Shown here: positions 60,301-64,000 of the stretch, one piece after another | Layout of the letters: each line of letters starts with the position of its first letter | How positions within the stretch are numbered: position 1 is the stretch's first letter | Origin: Thermodesulfobacteriota bacterium | Lineage (GTDB): Bacteria > Desulfobacterota_D > UBA1144 > Nemesobacterales > Mycalebacteriaceae | Length of the DNA stretch: 64,000 nucleotides | Assembly (NCBI GenBank): GCA_965226585.1 | Contig: OZ245366.1 | Span: 1,280,001-1,344,000 of the forward strand | Direction of reading: 5' to 3' | The notes under the pieces: generated by a model | Databases searched by the model: none | Told to the model about the DNA's origin: nothing | The model's input: the letters and a program-made list of their open reading frames with translations, nothing else | Program-made: the position numbers and the translations under genes

Positions 60301-60756
60301 TCTTGAGCGGATATCCAAATCAAGGTTTGTAATGGTACTGGTGTTTGTAATGATACCGGTGTTTGTGTTTGGGTCTCTTACGTAGGTAATTGGGTCTCTT
60401 GCGTAGGTAATGTTGAAATTAATTCCGTCTCCTCCGATTAGCGGAACGGGTTTTGTGCCTTCAATGATGAAGGGGCGGATAGTCTTTGTGGTGGATGAAA
60501 TAACCCCGCGTGTGCGACTTTTAAATATGACTTTTACAGGGGTAGTCACCTCCGGAGACGTGAAGGTTGTCGTTGAGGAATCTGTCGCGGGAAAAATTGT
60601 GGAAATTATCACCACGGAAGGATCGTTCGTGGTTACGTAACTTGTGTTGGAATAAAATGTATTGGAATAAGATACTGTCTGGGAATAAGATACGCCCGGC
60701 ACGATGAGGGTGCATAAAAGAGCAAAAAGAACGAGTGCGAACGAGCGTTTACGCAT
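54343..60756 (-). CDS. Autotransporter-like adhesin AT3 (2137 aa)
   Basis: Signal peptide (..VSYS/QT), VWANG repeats, barrel ending NYRF. Confidence 0.88.
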   Translation of the reverse strand: MRKRSFALVLFALLCTLIVPGVSYSQTVSYSNTFYSNTSYVTTNDPSVVIISTIFPATDSSTTTFTSPEVTTPVKVIFKSRTRGVISSTTKTIRPFIIEGTKPVPLIGGDGINFNITYARDPITYVRDPNTNTGIITNTSTITNLDLDIRSRDGEPDVINSDESTVISVNIERGNIAAVITDNMLVTSGDISVSGGNGVNTVEFKGVNTSTTVWVGNNSKIALERYSAGGGAALAVQTNSGSVTISGNASAGEIYSLSFNSYAVNIISATPDGALISELDIWTSDGKLAVISTDALKVSSAQIWSNKSDAGTIQAKTVSLWNGAKVWSDGARSDAILATAVLVDNSEVWTGNRFNSNTIVSDTVNVSSGGKVWASSSSGIAVVSGSSDSVTIESEDGTGEIWVKGSSTVAVKAVRTAVINDLKVWANGSRSQAVTAGAVVTVNGANVWTIGGQGSETIVAALVNIWNGANVWANGSRSNAVKATSAPVTVIGANVWTIGGQSNTILAPTVNIWNGANVWANGPISNAIKATTVGIQNSVKVWTGGFRSDAVVSDSARVYSSEVWTEGNNANTIIANSLIITAGGKVWANGAGSRAVSAGSGGGLAIAGTGEIWTTGDGALTLRADRAFIRQAKVWANGATTNALAVTENATIRSGSQIWTEGDNSNAVVVASLFEIYGGSKVWAEGASSSAINATSGTLTIESRDGAGEVWTTADSASTAGITTEVTIHGIKLWANGATTDALATTATGTVTLNGASVWAEGADSNAITAQDVLLSGATAGANSATGGGGIVATGTVKVFNGSNVWTHGAAKSAITGADISISGSNVWSTGDSPVNPVIPETGRTSLTITDGSKVWSNGAGTFVITSFSEGFDLNGVSVWSEGAESITIQTGSAVNVVNGAVVGANGAAGNAIKIQTGGDVTVNGSKVWAVREGITTAGGVSITNGSEVWATGTSGTGTAVKGATVHISGSKVWSAHAGNPAVGGIVGAVNVIDSFIALNGAGANAVDAVDAGAGPGGTADLPAVVLAVNDSTVMAVAGSSGISAVGTRVVGGVHVIVNSSTIKSAGGRAAQVRADKGTATLDIVNSPLTAVAGAGSAVHVSSSYVAGTQGTELGVRVYLANSSIATETSGASVLSVDASGSTERTEITLVGDSRIEAVGSGVVSQVGNGETKIIISDKSRVVTGGSGDTIKATSVDGAIGLYVNGAAAAADAPLENPDSAYVSSGQSNTNTVRLQTRNGSTTVSLQGGAQVIAGFPQYGTAARAIHANSADGDINIALGGTSQVAMRGHFLADAIVAETRNGDISFSMSGDSRLSVIPDRSSAFSGVSSGSGDVAITVSGQAKVWAVQKQSHALYGVSGSGNVLIRQASHSTAVYTEGIGSTAIRASAGGNASIETSGILFVNGDNRSTAAHASSSSANARVDIIFRTPSGGTPAVRYANGTQSKYAVAESAGADATVNSYHSSSSDVTHVISLPGGQAEGLNATTTGAPRTNPQTGASAVSVHDIEATVRLGGRTLVNASGTGGKAIIARADTGYANVIIDEGSAVYAKGAAGATSGIGISASTANGGAFVWVDGTVNVTGGKAIKMSAGAKGWSGTLGYDNRIVTINATGKVYGDIDTSAVVGGASVTIAAGGTYEGTNITTSSRRSASSGGDGRFRLGSAGTAEFVETEPEKSGGGSLNFGDSDGDTLTVNGTLVISGGETINGLEKISFGANSTLVITADPESVAGDPLIDLEGTITAEDVEGFNVEVEVPGAHVTEYTIFEAEALPEGEERQEVADRLSAEIGERITVETDENGNLFLRATSHKDTSLDVYDALIQSAYRSDRNFADKLARGCGISGAASDEIEGEFWTGGCVWATSGGRYTRHTSAIQYDEDVYSFTGGFSAPFSGVLVSIAGGYEISDIDASSETETAADTRGLGKASGDATRFMGGIFAEALVDEFVLDGNLRYGSTSWEATRTAGNSYSADVDATVFGGEIGAARPFLMGEFAFFPRVAVGASQITADKFNETSLTTGTGAADAAMDAFGVDEISELLVYVSPSIEARSPLNETINMWIRTGADIQVLNPESEIEGRLERDNVPVDGTMDRVMFTYGAGFEYSPYEKFNVSVEYGGGVSSSVDTFVQQFRGGVNYRF

Positions 60757-60782
60757 TGATAAAAACTCAGAACTACGGGGTA

Positions 60783-63700
60783 TTAGAACCTGTAATTAAC
60801 TCCGCCCCTGAACTGTTGAATAAAAGTATCCACCGAAGAACTAAACCCGCCGCCATACTCAACACTCACATTAAACTTCTCGTAAGGGCTGTATTCTAAA
60901 CCCGCCCCGTAGGTGAACATCACCCTGTCCATTGTGCCGTCCACGGGAACATTATCCCTCTCAAGCCTTCCCTCAATCTCCGACTCAGGGTTAAGCACCT
61001 GTATATCCGCCCCTGTTTTTATCCACATGTTTATCGTCTCATTGAGAGGAGTCCGCGCCTCTATTGACGGACTCACATACACAAGAAACTCACTTATCTC
61101 ATCTACCCCAAAAGCGTCCATCGCCGCGTCTGCGTCCAAAGTGTTGTCTGCGTTTCTCGCAAGCGAAGTCTCATTAAACTTATCCGCCGTTATTTGCGAT
61201 GCTCCAACCGCCACACGGGGGAAGAGAGCAAACTCTCCCATTAAAAACGGCCTTGACGCGCCTATCTCACCGCCAAATACCGTTGCGTCCACATCCGCCC
61301 GGTAACTGTTGCCCGCCGTTCTTGTCGCTTCCCAACTCGTTGACCCGTAACGCAGGTTGCCGTCAAGAACAAACTCATCAACCAACGCCTCGGCAAATAT
61401 GCCGCCCATGAACCTTGTTGCGTCTCCGCTTGCTTTGCCCAGTCCTCTTGTGTCCGCCGCAGTCTCTGTTTCCGAACTCGCGTCTATGTTTGATACCTCA
61501 TATCCGCCCGCGATGGAAACAAGCACTCCGCTGAACGGGGCTGATACTCCGCCGGTGAAGGAATAAACATCCTCGTCATACTCTATCGCCGATGTGTGCC
61601 TTGTGTATCTTCCGCCCGATGTTGCCCATACACATCCGCCAGTCCAAAACTCTCCGGAAATCTCATCACTCGCCGCTCCGCTGATTCCGCATCCTCGCGC
61701 CAACTTGTCGGCAAAGTTTCTGTCTGAACGATAGGCGGACTGTATCAGCGCGTCATATACATCCAAACTTGTGTCTTTGTGCGATGTTGCTCTTAAAAGC
61801 AGGTTGCCGTTTTCGTCTGTCTCAACACTTACCCTTTCGCCGGTTTCCGCGCTCAGGCGGTCTGCAAACTCTTGCATTTCCTCGCCTTCGGGCAGGTCAT
61901 CCGCTTCAAAAATTGTGTACTCCGTTACATGCGCGCCGGGAACTTCAACTTCAACATTGAAACCCTCAACATCAGAGGCGGTTATCGTCCCCTCAAGGTT
62001 TATCAGCGGGTCGCCCGCCACGCTTTCAGGGTCTGCCGTGATAACAAGAGTCGCGCCTTCGCCGAACTTTATACTCTCAAGCCCGGTAAATCCGTCCGCG
62101 CCCTCAATCACTGTTGTGCCGTTGCTTATGAAGCGGTCATTACCGCCTTCGCCAAAGTCTATGCTCGCTTGAGTGTCCGCAGGAGCGGGGTCTATTGCAG
62201 AAAGACTGAAACGCGCCCCGCCGCCTGATGCCGGTGAAGATTGCGCCCCGGATGAAAGACGGAAACGTCCGGTTCCGCCGGCAGACGGAGTGGTTTCCGC
62301 ATTCTCTAACATGAAAGAACCCACAGTAAGCGTTGAACCCGTTTCAGTCGTAACGGTGTCTCCATCGCCCGCGCCGAGGTCAAGATTGCCCGTAAGCGTA
62401 AATGTGGAACCGCTCTTAATGGTAATCTCGTCATCACCGCCTCCGGTGTCTCCCGAACCCGTGAAATCTCCCTCGTTGTCGAAGGTATCCGCGCCATCGG
62501 CAAGTTCTATTCTGCCGGTTATGTTGCCGTCTGCGTGGGTTGTTATAGTTATCCCCGCAGTGCTTTCGGAATCAATTGAAAAGTGAACCGCGTTCACAGC
62601 CGCCGTCTCCGTGCAGGCTGTGCCTGAAAGCACACCGCCGCAAACTATCGCGCCATTTCCAACTTGAAGTTGCTGACCAAGCGTTGCCGCGACTATCTTT
62701 ACCGTGTTTCCGCCCGAACTGTTTGACCACACTCTCGCGTCTTCAAGGTTAATACCCGAAAGCCATGTGTAGATGGCTGAAGATGAAAGCCCCTCAGCCC
62801 ATACTTCCGCCTTTACTCCAGCCGGTGCGGAGAGCTCAACTGTCGTTGGGGTGCCCAGATCTTCCGGCGGGAATGTAATACGCTGTCCCCTGTCGGAAGA
62901 GTTATGGGAAGAGCGAGGGACAGAGGAAGAGGAAGCTGCGGCAACCCTTCTTATGCTTATGGTGGCGGTGTCTGCGCCGTTTGACCATATCTGCGCTCCG
63001 GTTTCAAGCGAAACCAGTCCGCTTACCGTCTCTATCCTGACAGCGCCGGACTCAGTCCCTTCAGACCAAACCTGTTTCGGGTCAAAGTAAGTGCCCACTG
63101 CCGCCGGGTTGGTTGAAGAATGCGTGAAGTCAAAGGCAACCGCGTTGTCTCCGGTTGTCCAAACCTTGTTTATCTCTGTTATCCCTATGTTGGATTTGCC
63201 TGAAATCGTAAAGTCTCTAATTTTTACTGTCGCGCTTGATGTTTCAACACTTGCTGAGAACAGAGGTCCGGTTACGGAATCTCCCGACCTGAACGATGAG
63301 TTGGTTGATGTAACGGTTATGTCGTCATCTGAACCTGCTATTTTGAGTATCTCGCCGTCTTGAGAGTTGATGCCGACCACCGAGTTGTGAACCGTAAGTC
63401 CCACGGCGGAGCCCGCGCTCGCCGTCAAATCAAACACCACAGAGTTTTCGCCCTCCACCCAAACTTCCGCTCCGTCGTCTATGTTGATGGCAATGGGACC
63501 CCCTGCCGAGTCTGCTTCAAACACAGTGGAATTGGCTCCGTTTGTCCATGCCTGTGATGCGTTAAACCACGTAACGGTTGACACTTTTACCGCCGAAGAG
63601 TTGATTCCGGTTGTCCAAACCTGTCCGCCGCCGGAAGCATTCAAAATTGCTGAAACTATCGCGTTGCTTGACGCTCCGCCGCTCCACACTTTCGCGCCAT

Positions 63701-64000
63701 TGACTGTTACGGCGGTTGTTGCCGTAACCGCATTGCTTGTGTCGCCGTTAGCCCAAACATTCGCGCCGTTCCAAATGTTCACAGTCGGAGCAACGATGGT
63801 GTCGGTTGCGCCGCCTTCCGTCCAGACCTGAGTGTCCGTGCTGTTGACTGTTGCGGCTGTTGTCGCCGAAACCGCCTGACTTCCCGCGCCGTTTGCCCAC
63901 ACTTTTACGCCGTCATTGATATATGCCGTTGTTCCTTTTACTGTCGGAACGCCGTCAACTGTTGTCCAAACCTCTCCCGTTGCGTCATCCGCCACTACGT
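60783..64000 (-). CDS. Autotransporter-like adhesin AT4 (5' part outside the window)
   Basis: Open to the window edge, same repeats, barrel nearly identical to AT3. Confidence 0.87.
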   Translation of the reverse strand, partial: VVADDATGEVWTTVDGVPTVKGTTAYINDGVKVWANGAGSQAVSATTAATVNSTDTQVWTEGGATDTIVAPTVNIWNGANVWANGDTSNAVTATTAVTVNGAKVWSGGASSNAIVSAILNASGGGQVWTTGINSSAVKVSTVTWFNASQAWTNGANSTVFEADSAGGPIAINIDDGAEVWVEGENSVVFDLTASAGSAVGLTVHNSVVGINSQDGEILKIAGSDDDITVTSTNSSFRSGDSVTGPLFSASVETSSATVKIRDFTISGKSNIGITEINKVWTTGDNAVAFDFTHSSTNPAAVGTYFDPKQVWSEGTESGAVRIETVSGLVSLETGAQIWSNGADTATISIRRVAAASSSSVPRSSHNSSDRGQRITFPPEDLGTPTTVELSAPAGVKAEVWAEGLSSSAIYTWLSGINLEDARVWSNSSGGNTVKIVAATLGQQLQVGNGAIVCGGVLSGTACTETAAVNAVHFSIDSESTAGITITTHADGNITGRIELADGADTFDNEGDFTGSGDTGGGDDEITIKSGSTFTLTGNLDLGAGDGDTVTTETGSTLTVGSFMLENAETTPSAGGTGRFRLSSGAQSSPASGGGARFSLSAIDPAPADTQASIDFGEGGNDRFISNGTTVIEGADGFTGLESIKFGEGATLVITADPESVAGDPLINLEGTITASDVEGFNVEVEVPGAHVTEYTIFEADDLPEGEEMQEFADRLSAETGERVSVETDENGNLLLRATSHKDTSLDVYDALIQSAYRSDRNFADKLARGCGISGAASDEISGEFWTGGCVWATSGGRYTRHTSAIEYDEDVYSFTGGVSAPFSGVLVSIAGGYEVSNIDASSETETAADTRGLGKASGDATRFMGGIFAEALVDEFVLDGNLRYGSTSWEATRTAGNSYRADVDATVFGGEIGASRPFLMGEFALFPRVAVGASQITADKFNETSLARNADNTLDADAAMDAFGVDEISEFLVYVSPSIEARTPLNETINMWIKTGADIQVLNPESEIEGRLERDNVPVDGTMDRVMFTYGAGLEYSPYEKFNVSVEYGGGFSSSVDTFIQQFRGGVNYRF

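Noticed and set aside
60370..60411. 21-bp tandem duplication in AT3 (ITYARDP/ITYVRDP)
   Set aside because: In-frame, two copies only; ordinary micro-duplication with no sign of phase variation.
54343..62050. Diversity-generating retroelement template/variable repeat pair
   Set aside because: No reverse transcriptase in the window; both copies are coding and the differences do not look adenine-specific.

Overview
Bacterial chromosomal window with three parts. (1) 1-10127: a contiguous minus-strand str/S10/spc ribosomal cluster (rpsL-rpsG-fusA-tuf-rpsJ through partial rplE). (2) 10176-38687: mostly housekeeping genes (DinG-like helicase, RNase R, a reduced pilM/secretin locus, glnB, ispH, miaB, a sodium:solute symporter, uvrC, gloA, M42 peptidase, rarA, frameshifted prfB, nadK, Mrp/ApbC). 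This part also holds tRNA-Ser(CGA), tRNA-Phe(GAA) and an AT-rich islet after tRNA-Ser (type II R-M pair, RhuM-like gene, HicB). (3) 38889-64000: four tandem, mosaic autotransporter-type surface proteins with Trp-containing repeats. The most striking signal is a 78-bp palindromic CGTC-tagged REP doublet, dispersed through 32.8-48.7 kb and amplified into an 11-unit array at 52.7-54.3 kb. The central unit carries an intact 96-aa GIY-YIG nuclease gene between its two inverted arms, and the empty units look like internal-deletion derivatives of it. This suggests a REP/MITE-like mobile system driven by a GIY-YIG nuclease rather than a transposase (inference, untested). All product calls come from motif recognition by eye; no database search was run.
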